Source of the DNA: the human T2T-CHM13v2.0 reference genome, Homo sapiens
Reading direction: 5' to 3' (one strand)
DNA length: 64,000 nucleotides
Assembly: GCF_009914755.1 (NCBI RefSeq)
Contig: NC_060933.1
Below the pieces are notes generated by a model. It had not been told where the DNA came from, searched no databases, and saw only the letters and a program-made list of their open reading frames with translations. Both the position numbers and the translations under genes were made by a program. This document shows, piece by piece, positions 1 to 14,900 of this stretch. How positions within the stretch are numbered: position 1 is the first letter of the stretch; each line of letters begins with the position of its first letter.

Positions 1-377
1 ATCACTTTTACCCTTCTCCCAGGTCCACAGAGCCCCAAGTCAGGCTTTAATATATTCCACCACCTACCATCAACAGAAAACTATTTACGGGGTGGGTGAT
101 AGAACTGCAAAAATGTGGTTAAAAACAAGCTTGAGGGTTTTTGAGTATGGGTAAAGGCAACCTGGATACCTGGGAGAAAACAGTCTCTGAGAGCAACCAC
201 TCTGGAGGAACATTATCGTGGGGGTGGTTCTCCTACAAGGATCTTCAAGAGTCCTCCTCCGGTTATCTCTGTCTTCACTTCCTGACCTTCCACTCCCAGC
301 TCTTTCCTCTGTCATCTTCTTTCCTTTTGCCTTGGATCAACCCCAGCCTTCTTCTATTCTTCTCTATGGTTCCTACT

Positions 378-770
378 TGTTATGGGTTGGACTGTGTTCT
401 GCCCCAAATTCATATGCTGCAGTTCTAACCTCTAGTGTCTCAGAATGTGACTGTCCTTGAAGACAGGGTCTTCAAAGAGGTAATTCAGGTTAAATGAGGT
501 CATTAGGGTGGGTCCTATTTCAATACGACTGATGTCCTTATAAGAAGAGGATATTGGGGCACAGGTACACATAGAGGAATGACCATCTGAGGACACAGGG
601 AGAGGACAGCCATCTACAAGCCAAGGAGAGAGGCCCCAGAAGAAACCAGCTCTGCTGACACCATGATCTCAAACTTCTAACCTCCAGAAATATGAGAAAA
701 TAAATTTCTGTTGCTTAAGCAACTCAGGCTATGAAACTTTTTTCTTTATGGCAGCCCTAGCAAATTACCT
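378..770 (+). mobile_element. MLT1B-like solo LTR (ERVL-MaLR)
   Basis: tgttatgggttggactgtg...gaggtcattagggtggg...ccttataagaagagg...aataaatttctgttg...ggcagccctagcaaa. Confidence 0.85.
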
Positions 771-781
771 CTATCTTATTT

Positions 782-1198
<417 letters not shown>

Positions 1199-1699
1199 TA
1201 AAGCTTTCAAATGTATAAAACCAAATTTATAGTATAACAAATGTCATGAATAAGTGAAGCACAGTTCTATCAATGGACCCCCTGGAGGTTCATGGAGCTC
1301 AGGATAAAAACCCAAGTCTGAACTAAGCTATTTTCATCCACTCCACAGATACCAAGTCTGGTGTCTTTTCTGGTTCCAAACACTTCCAACATCACTGGAT
1401 GGACAGAGGGATTATTATAATACCCATAAAGTGTGTGAATCAGATGGAAATGACAAAGCGAAGAAAGAAGCTAAGAAAATGCTGAGATGTTCCAGTGGTT
1501 ATTTTAAGGACAGTCAACCTCTTTCTGTTAATTTTACATGAAAGTACTTTTTTTTTCATGCTCTGAAGAAGATAGCAACTTGGTTAAGATTGGGGTTTCC
1601 TTGAATCATTATACAACAGATTAGAAGTTTATGGTGTTATGCTAGTTATATATCTAATTTTACAGACTATCAGAAAAATCTGAGTCTTTCTAGTCCAGA

Positions 1700-1920
1700 A
1701 TCTCTCAACTTTTAATATTTTTATCAAGTGTTTTTAGACATTTTTCCTTAACCACCTCCCACCCATGAAATTTTAATACCAGAGATATATTGTATATCTG
1801 CTTATACACTGTATGTACTGTTTATATACTATGCTTTCACTGTACATAGATTAAATATTTTCACTCCCTCCCCAAGATCAATTTTTACTTCTTTGGGGAT
1901 GTTATGTCCTTATTGAGAAT
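1700..1920. mobile_element. Probable old hAT-Charlie-type DNA transposon fragment
   Basis: tctcaac...ttgagaa-like termini around an AT-rich core; family not determined. Confidence 0.35.
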
Positions 1921-2365
1921 GTATGTTATAATCAGACCCTTTTGCAGAGATAAGGAAACTGAGGGTCAAGGCAAGGGGCAGGGGAGGTGCCCAAGATCCC
2001 CTCTGGGATTAGTGAAGTAGCCACAGCTAGAACATGGACTTTGTGACTCTCAACCTCTTCTGGTCATGAGGGAGGTGGGAGTGAGAGAAGTCAACTGACT
2101 CTCCAAGAGCCACAGGTGTCAGGGCTAGACCAGAATCTAAGTGCCATAACTTCTAAGAGCTCAGAGTCTGTGCCAGTATCTTCCACTGACAATCAAGAAC
2201 CGTCCTGGTGGAGGGAAACTGTCACTGGGCTAGAGCCCAGTGGGAGTAGGAAATGCTAATAACTGTGAGAGGACCACTTCATAGAAGAGACATTGAGATC
2301 TCATCACTGCATATCCCAGAAAAAAGACCATGGAGATGAACAGTCCACTGGGATTTGGGGTATTC

Positions 2366-2368
2366 TAG

Positions 2369-2417
<49 letters not shown>

Positions 2418-2670
2418 CCTATATATATGTTACATATATATAGGTTATATATATATGTTACATATATATAGGTTATATATATATGTTACATATATATAGG
2501 TTATATATATATGTTACATATATATAGGTTATATATATATGTTACATATATATAGGTTATATATATATGTTATATATATAGGTTATATATAGGTTTTATA
2601 TATAGGTTATATATAGGTTTTATATATATAGGTTATATATATGTTTTATATATATATATATATATGTTTT
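2366..2670. repeat. (TA)n plus 28-bp AT-rich minisatellite
   Basis: Unit TGTTACATATATATAGGTTATATATATA; GG anchors at 2443, 2471, 2499, 2527 and 2555, then shorter variants. Confidence 0.95.
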
Positions 2671-5600
2671 TCCAAATAAAGCTGTATCAAAATACACCTA
2701 TTTCCAAATAGACATCTTCCTGAAGTGCTGTGCCCAAATTTGCTCCAGGCAAATGTGTGTCTACTGTTTTCTGTCTTCCCTACCTCAGACTTGTGATCAA
2801 AGTCTGGCTGAAAACACGTTGCCACAGAATTCTGCATGCCTTTATGTATCTACGGTCTTGCTTCAAAGTTGAGTTAGGGGTGTTTGAGTCTGGACAAAAA
2901 AGGTTTGAAGTTTTGACGTTTCAAAAAAGTATCTTTTCCCCCAAGAATACAGCAGTTTGGTACCAAACTAGGCAATGGGAAAAGAATAAAGTCATGACAT
3001 GTTTTCTCATTTTTCTTTAATCATTTAAATTTTTAAAGAAGAATTTTGGCTGAAGGTTGAAAGCAACTCTTTTAATTTAATTCTTTCTTTATTTTTTGAA
3101 CTCTTTTTATGACTTCATTGGGAATTTAGGCATCAGACCCAATTTTAGTGTTGGATTTCTTTTTTAACTAAGATCTGTGCTGTTTGAATGAACATGGTTG
3201 ACGACTACTCCCCAAACCCAAAGGTGATTTAGCTCTGAATTCCTAATACTGAAAAATCTCTCTCCATGTCAGTTGCTCAAGTAAGACACGAACTTAGATG
3301 GAAACTTTGATAGGAGTCTAACGGGAACAGATTAAATCTGGCCCAGCCACTGAGTTGCTGTATGATTCTAGAACAAATCACATAGTCTTGGTAAGCCTCC
3401 TGCATTTCTTAATCTGTACCATGTGAATAATGCTTACTTCATAGAGCTTCTATGGAAATTAAATAAGATTCATTTGGATTTCCTATGGATAGTAAAGTTC
3501 CTGGCTAAGGCCTTCATGTTTTTTTATTGTAGGGACAAAATGTACATGATAAATTACACATTCCATTTACAATTGTATATCTGTCTGTATATACAATACA
3601 TATTACTATATATTTTGCATGTGTATATACAATTGGTAATTGTGTATGTCCATGTTTATGTGCATACACACTTGTACATACACATAAGCACAGATAATTC
3701 TGTCAATAATGTGTCCTATATAGATGGTGTCTTCTGAAATTGTGCAACATGGTGATCCTCCTTGGGACACAGCCAGATATCAGTCTCATTAAAAAAAAAA
3801 AAAAAAGTCACCTTGCTCTCACTTACCCAGGCTAGACTCATTTTTTCTAGGCTGACTTATCCTAGCAGCTTTTCCCCTGATTGTCACAATACCCTGGGAT
3901 GATCGGCGTAGGGTGGGAATGAGGGACCCTACTTGAAGACATGTTGCGAGAGTGAGGAACCACTGTGGGGTCCTAGAAGTATGCCTGGCATATATTAGGC
4001 GCAATACCTTTGGAATGAAAATTTATGGTAAGACATGAATAGCTGAGTAAATTAACAAATGAATGAGTGCACCTTGTGGCCTACAGGACCCACCAGCTTC
4101 ACTATGCTCCCTGCAGCCTGTTTCCACTTCTTAGGGTCTACCCTTTTGTATGAGATGTGCTTCCTTCTGCCTTTCCCAAGAAATCTGCAGAAACATCAGG
4201 AGCTGTTTGGAAAAGACAGCTCACAACTGTGAGCACTAAGAATAACCATATTAGCAATTCTTCCCCATATCTCTTTCAATTACTACACTGTGGGTTCGAT
4301 GCCAACTGACCAAATTAGGCATAGGCACCTGCCTGCTTGTGTCTCTTGTGTCAGTGTGTGTATGTTTGTAAGTGTTCCTTTTTCTCTAGATCTCTTCCTT
4401 TCTACTCTCTTCTGTCTGGAATTGGCTTCACTGGAAAAAGCATAGACCTTGAAGTGGGCAGGCACATCTGGATTCAAATGGTGCCTTGACATTTCATCAT
4501 TTGAGTGACCCTGGGAAATGCTTGATATTTCTTTTCTCTGCTTGCTCATCTAAAAGAGGGTGAATAGCACTTATCTTGCAGTATTTGCAAGGTAAATGTA
4601 AGTCTGTGTCTGTGCCTCACTCATTGAATGCACATGGAAAATGGGATTTTTTTTTACTACTGCTATTGCTTAGAAATACCAGTAGAGGGTAGGTGTTACT
4701 TTTATTCCCATTGTACAGACAAGGAAATTGGAGCTAAAAGAGGTTAACTGTACATGTCCTAAATTGCACAGCTAGGAAACTGATGATTCAAAATTAGAAT
4801 GCAGGCTACCTGACTCTGACTCCAGAGCTCTGTTAACACATGGCTGCCTCGCATTCTGCTTGCTTCAAGGAAAACCTATCCACATCACTAAGATTTCTGG
4901 TTGTTGTATTTTTCTTTTTCGCTTCTGTCAACATACATCTCTCATTACTTCTGTAAATACTGAGCTTCTCATGGTGGTAGCTGGAACATAAATCATACCA
5001 TGTTGAAAGAGAGGGAGAAAAAAAAACAAAGAAGTCAGGGAGAAGGTGACATAATATTGTAATTCAATACTTAATATCTCCAAAGACATGTAATACATCG
5101 TCATGACATTTTCAGGAGATATTTTCTGGAAATTGGACAATAATTCAAATTAATGCTAAGCCTAAATCTAATTATTTTATGATGCTACAAAGGACTACAT
5201 GGGGCCAAGCATCCAAAAATCAGCGGTTTCAACAGTCATGTTGATGAAACAAATTTCACTGCCAGGCACGGATGAGAACAGCTGCCTAAATATACAATAT
5301 TAATACCTGGGGCAATGTAATAACAGGGATCTGCAGCCTAGCCACACTGTAGCCTTCTCAGCAACCAGCCTTTCACCAGCCAAGTCCTACTATGAATTCT
5401 GGGAAAGGTAAGGAGATAAAAAAATAAGGTTTTTATTCGAGGGCCAAATGAAGGCCCTGGGGATCAAATAGGACCCAGGGTGGCTGAGGTCCACGTTTCT
5501 GGTATATGTCGCATGAAAGGTGAATTCCCGTCTTCTGTTCCTGGAGGCAGCTGGTGAAATGTAGTCTGAAGGAGCCAGTCCCTGGAGCCAGAGAAGACTG

Positions 5601-5833
5601 GTTGGAACACCAGCCTTGCCATTTACCACCTGAAGGACTTTATGCCTATGATTCACTCTGCGAACCTTGCGGATTGTCTTCTGTAAAATGGGACAACAAT
5701 ACCTAACATATAACTCCTGTGTGTAATGGCACATTGAGATGTCCATGGTTCATGAAGGAAGCAAGTTGCCCGAAAATAGATAAGGTATTATCTCAGATTT
5801 GAAATAAACAAACATAAAAATAGCCATTCAGGG

Positions 5834-5837
<4 letters not shown>

Positions 5838-5879
<42 letters not shown>

Positions 5880-5886
5880 TGTGTGT
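5838..5886. repeat. (TG)n microsatellite
   Basis: About 24 TG units with one TA interruption. Confidence 0.95.
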
Positions 5887-6776
5887 AGCAAAAATTCTAG
5901 AAGGAAATACATCAAAAGAGTAATCAACCGGGCAGACTAGGATTGGAAATATCCTAGGAATAGGAAAGAGGGTATATTTAATATGTGCTTCATTTACACC
6001 TATATTACCTTTGTAATAAGGATACTGATGATGGTACTATTACTAGTACTTCTATGATATTGAAAACAGCAATAACACCAACTTCAGAAGATTTGGGAAG
6101 GAAGAAAGGGTAGAATATATACAAATTGTAGTAGTGAGTCAAACACATAGAAGGTGATGAAAAATTGCTTTTTTTTTTTTGGTCTCTAGCTAATTGCCAA
6201 GAATATGTTCTCCCTCTGTTGGAAGAGTCTGAGGCACTGGGCCAAGATAGGTGGAAATTGACTAAATAATGCCACTTTCTTCTTCTCACTCTTGCCTTTG
6301 TCCTCATATCCTGAAGTTTCCTCCTTACTACCCGTATCTTCCCAGATTATACTCATTTATCTTCCTTCCCTGGTCCCATCACCTGGAAGTAGCCTGTCCT
6401 TCCTCTGTCCTGAAGCCTGCTACATTCATCTCTTTTCTTATATCGGTATCACCACTGATGCATTTGAATTTAGCCCACACTTTCAGAGGAGTCAGCATGT
6501 GGCAAGATTTAGGGCATGCTGGTGTCTCATCTACCTAGGGAGAGAGTGAGTTTTCTAAAGAAGAATCCATATCTAATTCATCTTTAAAATGGCATCTCTA
6601 AGCACAGCGTTTGGCCCTTAGCATGCAATCAGTAAAGCATTTTGAATGAATGAATGAATGGAGTGACAAATGGTGCTTTAAGGCAACTATTTGCAGAATA
6701 TTGCCATAGATGTTATCAAACGGAAACAAAAGAGACAAACCCCACAGTTCCCTCCCCACACTCTCCAGTGGCGCTT

Positions 6777-7034
6777 CAGGTTGGGGTGCAGTGGAGCAAT
6801 CATCTCTCAATGCAGCCTTGAACTCCTGGGCTTAAGCAACTGTCCCACCTCAGCCTCCTTAGTAGCTGGGACTACAGGTACATGCAACAATGCCTGGCTA
6901 ACTTTTAAATTTTTTGTAGAGATGAGGTATTCCTATGTTGCCCAGGTTGGTCTTGAACACCTGAACTCAAGCAATCCTCCTGTCTTGGCCTCCTAAAGTG
7001 TTGGGATTGCAGGTGTGAGCCACCATGCTGAGCC
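6777..7034 (-). mobile_element. AluJ lacking its 3' end and poly(A)
   Basis: Diverged Alu body from caggttggggtgcagtgg to gagccaccatgctgagcc. Confidence 0.85.
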
Positions 7035-7429
7035 TTTTTTTAAATGTGAAGTGTCTGACATAGAAAATAGGTTGGGTTCTATTTTCAGTTGGAACCAATG
7101 GTCTAGCAAATGATGAGCTAAACTATGGGATACATAGGACATTTGGAGTGTATTTATGCTTTTGCTATCAAACCTAATTGTCCTTTCTGAGGTGCTAATA
7201 TCTGGAAGAGCACAGCTAAATAGCCAAACCATGGTTTATGAATCCAGACCAAACCCCATGGGGCATTCTTGGGGTTTACACAACAGGAATGGGCATGCGC
7301 AGAGACCCTATAAAAGATCAAACAAAGTTAACATCATCTCGCTCTTTCAAAAAACTAGTCAACTGCTATTCTTTGTTGTTGTCAAATTCATTTAGATGAT
7401 GAAGTCTTTCTGTTTTTTATAAACAGAGA

Positions 7430-7720
7430 GTCCAGGGTAATGTTTAAGAGCAGAAATACAGAGCGAGGCAGCTGGTATTCACGTTCTGGCCATGCCACTA
7501 ACTAACCAAATGATAATGATCCAGTTAAATGGGGCTTGGTTCCTCAGCTATAAAAATTTGGATAACAATCTCACAGGAATGTGGGAGGTAATACATGTAA
7601 ATTAAATTTCCCTTGTTTCAGATTACTCACTTTTAGTATAAACGAGGTAATAGATGTAAAGTGCTTAAAACTGCACCCGACACATAATAAATGCTGGATA
7701 AATATTAGCTATTCTTACAC
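7430..7720 (+). mobile_element. MIR
   Basis: tttaagagcag...cctcagctataaaa...gtaaagtgcttaaaac...cacataataaatgc...attagctatt. Confidence 0.65.
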
Positions 7721-9029
7721 TATTTCTACCTACATATATTTGATAGTTCTACTGTGAAATAAAAGAAAATGTTGCCTTGTTCAAATACAGTTTCGCAAAA
7801 ACAAACACAATAACCAAGACTCCTGCTTGAACAACATATTAGCTTTGGATATAGCAGTGTAATCAAAAGCCCATTCTGTGACTCATTTCTACTTTCCTAA
7901 TTGCCTGTTCCTGCTCTGGTCCTCAGCCAGGAGTCAGTCTTTAGCCACACATGGATATATACACATCAGATTGTGTGTGTGCATAAACAAGAACACACAA
8001 CTCCTGCTGCCTCTGAGGACTGCAAAGAAATGACATTAAAAGTGAGTGATTTGAAACAACTGAAATTTAATTAAAAACAAAATTAAAAGTTGTTCCAAGC
8101 CTGGCGCTTCAGCCAGCAAGACTCAGAGGAAATTAGTAAGTGCTACTAATAGCTGGATCCAATTCACAACCTCTATGAGAAGACAGTCAGAGCAAAGAAG
8201 ATGCATACCCTTTAGATGAAACAATTAAAGATCACTTCTGAGAAATAGTCATGTACAGTATCCCAGGGCAAAAAAAAAAAAACAAAAAACAAAAAACAAA
8301 AAAACAACATCATTTGCTGATGTGTTCCTCTTTGAATTCCTCATTTCTATTAAGGGAAAGTGCCCTGAGATTCTCCTAGTAGCATCTTCAATGGCAACGC
8401 ACTGATTTTGAAAACTAGACTTAACACGGGAGGTGGGGGCAAATTCCTTTAAAAAATGTTGTCATCCACTGTCCTGAAATTTCACCTTGCAAATTTATTC
8501 ATCCTTTGAAATTCCAAATAGTCAAGGGGCTTAGTAAAATGGATTCTCCTCAAATAATGAAGACGATTGTCAGCTGGGAGTTGGGGACTCAGCAGCAGGA
8601 TAGTTAAATGTGCTGGCTGCAAGAGTGCTATGGTGGATGGAATCAGAGTGGGCAGTGGGCAGTGGGCAGAGGGGCTGCGTCTGAGATGAATGCTCAGAGG
8701 CAGGTCTGAGAAGACCACCTGTCCCGGGTTCTCAGGGTAGCATGGAGAGAGGTACAGGAGAAACAGCAAAAACTATGACAGTAAACAGGAAGATAGTGAA
8801 AACAAATCAAACAAACATACGACAACAACAACAACAAAACTGAAGACAATAAATGAGAGGGGTGGGGTAAAGGAAGGGGGAGGAATGACTAAAGCTGTGG
8901 CATTGAAAGTCTTCATGAGCATTAACTGGCCAGGAGTGGAATGAACCAGCTTAGCCTAAATACACAAAATTGGAGCAGACAGTACAGGTCCCTGAATCAA
9001 AGAATACTGCTCAGAGCTCTACCTTGCTC

Positions 9030-9530
9030 TACTTTCCTCCGTGTCCTTGTCCACAGAAAGGAAAGAGAATGCCCATTCCACAGAAAAGCTTTCCTGTGCT
9101 CACTTCTACAACTCATCACCCAGTCTGCCCCAACCACATTGACCTTGTTCCACCTTGTTCAAGTCACCCAAATGGTTTTGACTGTGTTGTTTCCTCTGCC
9201 TGGAACACACTTTCCTCTACCACACAACTTCACATGTTCCTTTAAATGTCGTTTTCTCAGAGAGATCTTCCCTGACCAGCATATCTGAGCCTTCTATCCC
9301 AACTCTCCTCTATTTTAATTATTTTACACCATTTTAATTATCCTCACAGCCACTCTCACCTGTTGCCAATGCTTACTTACTTTATTTTGCTAATTTGCTT
9401 TGGTGTTCGTCTCCTGCTGAGAATGAAAGCATGCTGCAGGCAGGGGCTGTGTCTTTTCCAGCACAGCATCTTGACTGCCCCATGACACATAAGAAACAGG
9501 AAATAAATATTTGTTCAATGAATGAATAAA
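9030..9530 (+). mobile_element. L2 3' end
   Basis: tctgcctggaacac...ttccctgacc...gcaggggctgtgtc...aataaatatttgttcaatgaatgaa terminus. Confidence 0.7.
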
Positions 9531-10590
9531 TTCTGTAAAGATTAAAAAAGGTATTATAGGTAGAATACCTAGCATACTGCCTGGCACATGATGAATTCTA
9601 GCTGTTATTTTCATAAGGATCTAATATTATATGGATTTGCATTCTAGTGGTGAGGTTGTTTCCGGAAGGAGAGAAGGATGGGGACTGAAATAGGACTGGA
9701 GGCCTCTAGATGCCAACTTGCTGTCCTCACACTGTGTTTGGAACATGCAATATGGCATAAGCACGCACCTGTTGTCTAGATGGATCTTACTGAGGGTGCG
9801 AGGTTGGGGAGGGGATGGGACTGGGCGCTACTGAGGGCTGATGCTGCAGGTCAACTAGGGAGAGAGGAGAAGCTGAGGCCAATTTCCTTTTGCACAAACC
9901 AGTCTCATCCCATCCTCAAACGAGTTCTTCAAGGTGGACAATGAATCTGTCCAAGCCCAACTTACCCTTTTATGCTCATCTCAGCTTCTACCTTCTCTAA
10001 GAATCTTTTGATGTCTACCTCAGTGAGAATTACCTTCTCTATCTTCTACCCAACTCCTCATGTAGCTTTGAGAGCAATGCAGCTTATGTTTACTGGGCTC
10101 AAGACTGGTTTTGAAGAGTCTACCTCATTGTCAAATCTTGTGACGTAATTTTGGGTTTCAAAATAAAATTGCAACCAATAATTCAATAACAGGAATCATA
10201 ATTACAGGAACGGTATTAGATGTCTCAGAATTGTTTTTTTTAAAAAATTTATTTTTAAAAGTATCCTGAATAGGGAACAGATCTAAATATACTGAGCTCC
10301 CACTCTATGTTGAATACCGTGACAAAAGGGGGTGGTTATAAAAGTGGAAGAAAGAGTCCCTGCCCGAAAGTAGTGTATGGTTCAATTGAGAGATGACAAG
10401 ATAGACCATTATAATAGAACATAATCAGTGTAGTGATAAAGATAAAACAGGAAGCTTTGGGCACACAGAGCAGGGATGCTCACCTCCTCTGCAAAGTCAG
10501 AGAATGCTTCCTACAAACGGTCACACTTGAGCTGTCACACTTCCTTATATTGAGTTCAATATAAGAAAGCAGCTAAATGGAGTAGAGGGG

Positions 10591-10948
10591 TGCTATGCTT
10601 TGGCTGTGTCCACACCCAAATCTCATCTTGAACTGTAGCTCCCATAATTCCCATATGTTGTGGGAGGGACCTGGTGGGAGATAATTGAATTATGGGCAGT
10701 TTCCCCCATACTGTTCTCATGGTAGTGAATAAGTCTCATGAGATCTGATGGTTATAAGGGGAAAGCCCTTTCATTTAGTTCTCATTCTCTTTCCTGCCAC
10801 CATGTAAGATGTGACTTGCTCCTCCTTGCCTTCTGCCATGATTGTGAGGCCTCCCCAGCCATGTGGAACTGTGAGTCAAACCTCCTTCCTCTAGGATTAC
10901 CGAGTCTCGGGTATATCTTTATTAGTAGCGTGAGAACAGACTAATACA
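10591..10948 (+). mobile_element. THE1B/C solo LTR
   Basis: tgctatgctttggctgtgtcc...gaggcctccccagccatgtggaactgtgagtc...cagactaataca; imperfect 5-bp TSD AGGGG/AGCGG. Confidence 0.9.
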
Positions 10949-11601
10949 AGCGGCAAAGGGATTTAGGCAAAAGGAAAGAAATGCTGCAAAGAAACAAAAC
11001 AGAGTCTGGGCCTTCAGGAAATAGCTACTTCATTTGGCCTGAGGATGAGATGCCCAAGGAGGAGAATGGGCTAAGATTAGGCTCAAAATAGTTTCTGGCT
11101 CTAACATTCTACACTTTAGAAAACTGCCAACTAGCTACTTGGCAATATGCCCACAATGTGCCCTCACCCCTGTACTCATGCCCCCCCTTTTGGGGTAGCA
11201 GAAGCTGCCATCTTTAATTGATTCCACATTTCAAGTGTGACACCAGCTCCCATCACCAGGCCTCTGTATCTTTTTTCAGGCCTCTGCTTCCATAGAAAGT
11301 CCACTGCCCAGCACATTAATGCTTCATTTGAGTCTTTGCAGGGAATGGCTGGCCCTGGAACCTTGAAACTCATAGGTCATGTTAACACTCATGTGGGTGC
11401 CACAGACTGATCACTCTCTCATCCTCCACCCTGGTTCAAATACTGCAGTGAGATGTCACCTGAGATATTACTCCAGTGATTCAAACCTTCAGGGGAGCAG
11501 CCTTCAGAGATCCGGCAAATTAATTTTACTCGCAGGACACAGTGACATCTCCTACTAATAACTTTTATCCAGGCAGCATTTGTAAAGGTTCTAATATTGT
11601 G

Positions 11602-11970
<369 letters not shown>

Positions 11971-14900
11971 TAGGCATCTGATCTTTGGTCTCACATCGGG
12001 ATGCTGGTGCTTCAGCGGAATTGTAACAGTCCCTAGTTTTTGAGTGTGGTTACCATGGGCCAGGCCCTTGAAATGAACAACCATTTAGTTCTCACAATAA
12101 CAGTCTAATTTCTGGTGTTTTAGCATCCCCATTTTTCAGAAGATGAAGCTTAGTTAGGATTTGAACCCATGTACTCTGGCATTGGTGTTGAAGCTCATAA
12201 CCACCACACCTCACAGCTTTACAAAAAGGGGATTATTCTTACAAGGCTTCCTCAACTCAATTGGGCTTCTTATGTTGATTGATGTCTGGGGTCATCAACC
12301 TTTCAGGGATCCCAGGTGGCAGATGCCACATCATCTTTGACTCTTCCTCTTCCTTGGTCTCTACTTGTAGTTAGTTGCTATATTTCCTTTTTCTAGCTCT
12401 ACAGGAACTCTTTTTTCTTTATTTTCACATTTAATGCCCTTGTTCAGGCATTATCTTATGAACTCAATATGGCAGCGCCTATCAGGTTCCTTGTCGCCAG
12501 CTTAGGCAACCTCAGATTCACCTTTCACATTGTGATCAGTCATTAAACAAATCTTTATTGAACACTGATTGTGTACTGGGTATTACAAAGGAACAAGACA
12601 GCTACACTCTCTGCCAATAAGGGCCTTAAAGTAGCTTTGGAAGGGGCTATTGTTTTCCAAGTATGGAATATGTGCTACGCAAGATCACCCTTTAAGGTGG
12701 TTTACTGTGACATTCCCCATTTCACAGATGCACAAACGAGGCTTAGAGAGGTTAAATAACTTAAGGCTACATAGCTACAAAATATCAGAGGCAGGTATCA
12801 AACTCTGGCAGTGAGATTCTGTAGCCCAGACTCTTAACCAAATTAGACATTGAAGAAGTAATTGCAAATGTACTGAATGCAAAAAGTAGTAGTTCAGGAC
12901 CATTTAACAAGGAGACTCGACTTAGACTGAAAGGACGGTGATGGCAATTCCAATAAAAATGAACATTACCAAGTACTTTAGAAATATAATCTCATTTGAT
13001 TCTCCCAACCCTACAGATTAAGAAATAACCCAGAAGGGTTAAGTAACACTGGTAGCATCTATTATCTATTATTTCATGCAGCTAGCATTTGAACCTAGGT
13101 ATGTCTGACTCCACAGCCTGAACTCTGAATTAACAAGCTGCCTTGCCCTTTGTAAAAGCAACTGTGACTCTTCCACTCCTTTTATTAAAATCCTTCAGTG
13201 CTTCCATAACTCCCAACCTCCAGGATAAAATCCCAACTGCTCTTCCTGGGTAAACCCTCCCATTAGATCCATTCATGCCCCCATGGAGCCCCAGCCTTGC
13301 TGGGTGCTACCTGCTCCTGCCACACCTTTGCTCATGCTGTTCTCTTTACCTGGAAGATTGCCCTTCTTGTCCTCCCTCTCTCCCCCCACCTCCAACAGAA
13401 GTGCACATTCTCACTCCCAATCCCTGCCCATCCAGTTTCCTCAAATGGGAAAAGATGCTAGCAGAATCCTCTTGCTCCTTGAAGCTTTACCCAGATCTGC
13501 CCAGTGGAAAAGACTCCAAGCTTCCCTGACAACCTGGCTGACTCCTGTCTATATGTCCTGATGGTTCAGATTATCATCTACCTTCCATAGTAGCCTTTTG
13601 CTATATAGTTATCCTAACATTTTAAATGACACATGTGATCCCTGTGAGGGTGTGATTGGCATTTTCTAACCACCTATTTTTGGCTATTGTTATGCCACTC
13701 TCTATTTCACCCTCACCACCACCCTGTGAAGTAGGGGCTTATAGCTTCACTTTAATAGATGGTAAAATTGGTGGTTCTGAGAAGTACAGTGACTCGTCCA
13801 AGATCCATAATTAGTAAGTGGAGGAGTGTAGATTTAAACCTGAGGATTTAAGATTCCAAATCCCATGTTCTTTCCCCCACCTCACCCACCTTTAATGCTG
13901 ACTGTGCCTGAGTTAATCCCAGAATCTAAGTCTGGCCCTGAGCAGGCACTCAGCAAATGTCAGCTGAAAGTTTGAATGTACAGACTCACTGATAAAGTTT
14001 AAATGGAAGCCAGAGTTAAAGCCAGGGAGTGAATAAACAGAAGGTTCAAGGATGGTCCAGGCTCTGGGGATCACTCCAGCTGATGATGAGATGCCCCAGC
14101 CATTAGCTGAGGTTCAGAAAGTTGCCAAGAGCTTCTGGAAAACCCAAGGCTGAGCAGCTGCAGATATATTTGGCTTACATAATCCAGAGGAATGTGCTGG
14201 GGAGAAAAGCCAAATAGCAAGGCTTTGCTGGGTAGCAGCGCTGGGGAAGGGGGAGCAGGATGCACAGGTGTTAATTATTCCTCCCATCTTATCCTTTCCC
14301 ATGTGAATACAATGCATTCTTCCCCTCCCAGACTCCCACTGGCATCAGAGATGTTCAAGGTCCCTCTTCAGCTGGGGCTGAGAGGGGAAGCTGCGGAGGG
14401 GCCAGGCTTCCCACTACTTTATTTTTCATCCAGGCAGCCTTGGGAGCCTGAAGTCCCTCCACAAGCTTGGATGTGATCCTTCTAAGCTGTCTTCAAATGG
14501 CAACTTGTGGGCTCAGCTGTTTGCTCAGCTGTCTCTGCTCCCTACCTCCCTGTTCAGGGGGCTGCATGACAGCAGTTTGGCCCAAAGCAGTCTGAAGACA
14601 GAGTACCTGGGACACTAATGTGATGGCTGCATAAGGACTTGGAAGGTCATGTCCATCATGAGATAAGTAAAAAGGGACTTTGAACCCCAGTATTTCTCCC
14701 TCTCCATTTAAGATACTGGGGCAGGGAAGAATCTTAAGTACCACCTTGTTCCCCTCCTACATTTTACAATGAAGAAACTGAGGCCTGAAGAAGTAGAGAT
14801 TTGTCCAAAGATGGAGTGAATTCATAGAGGAGCTGGAGGATGATCTTAGTCATCAAATTCTCTATCACATTCTGTGGATGTTGATTCAAAATAATTCTGT

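Noticed and set aside
2366-2670. CRISPR-like array
   Set aside because: Tandem AT-rich units without unique spacers, in a eukaryotic intron.
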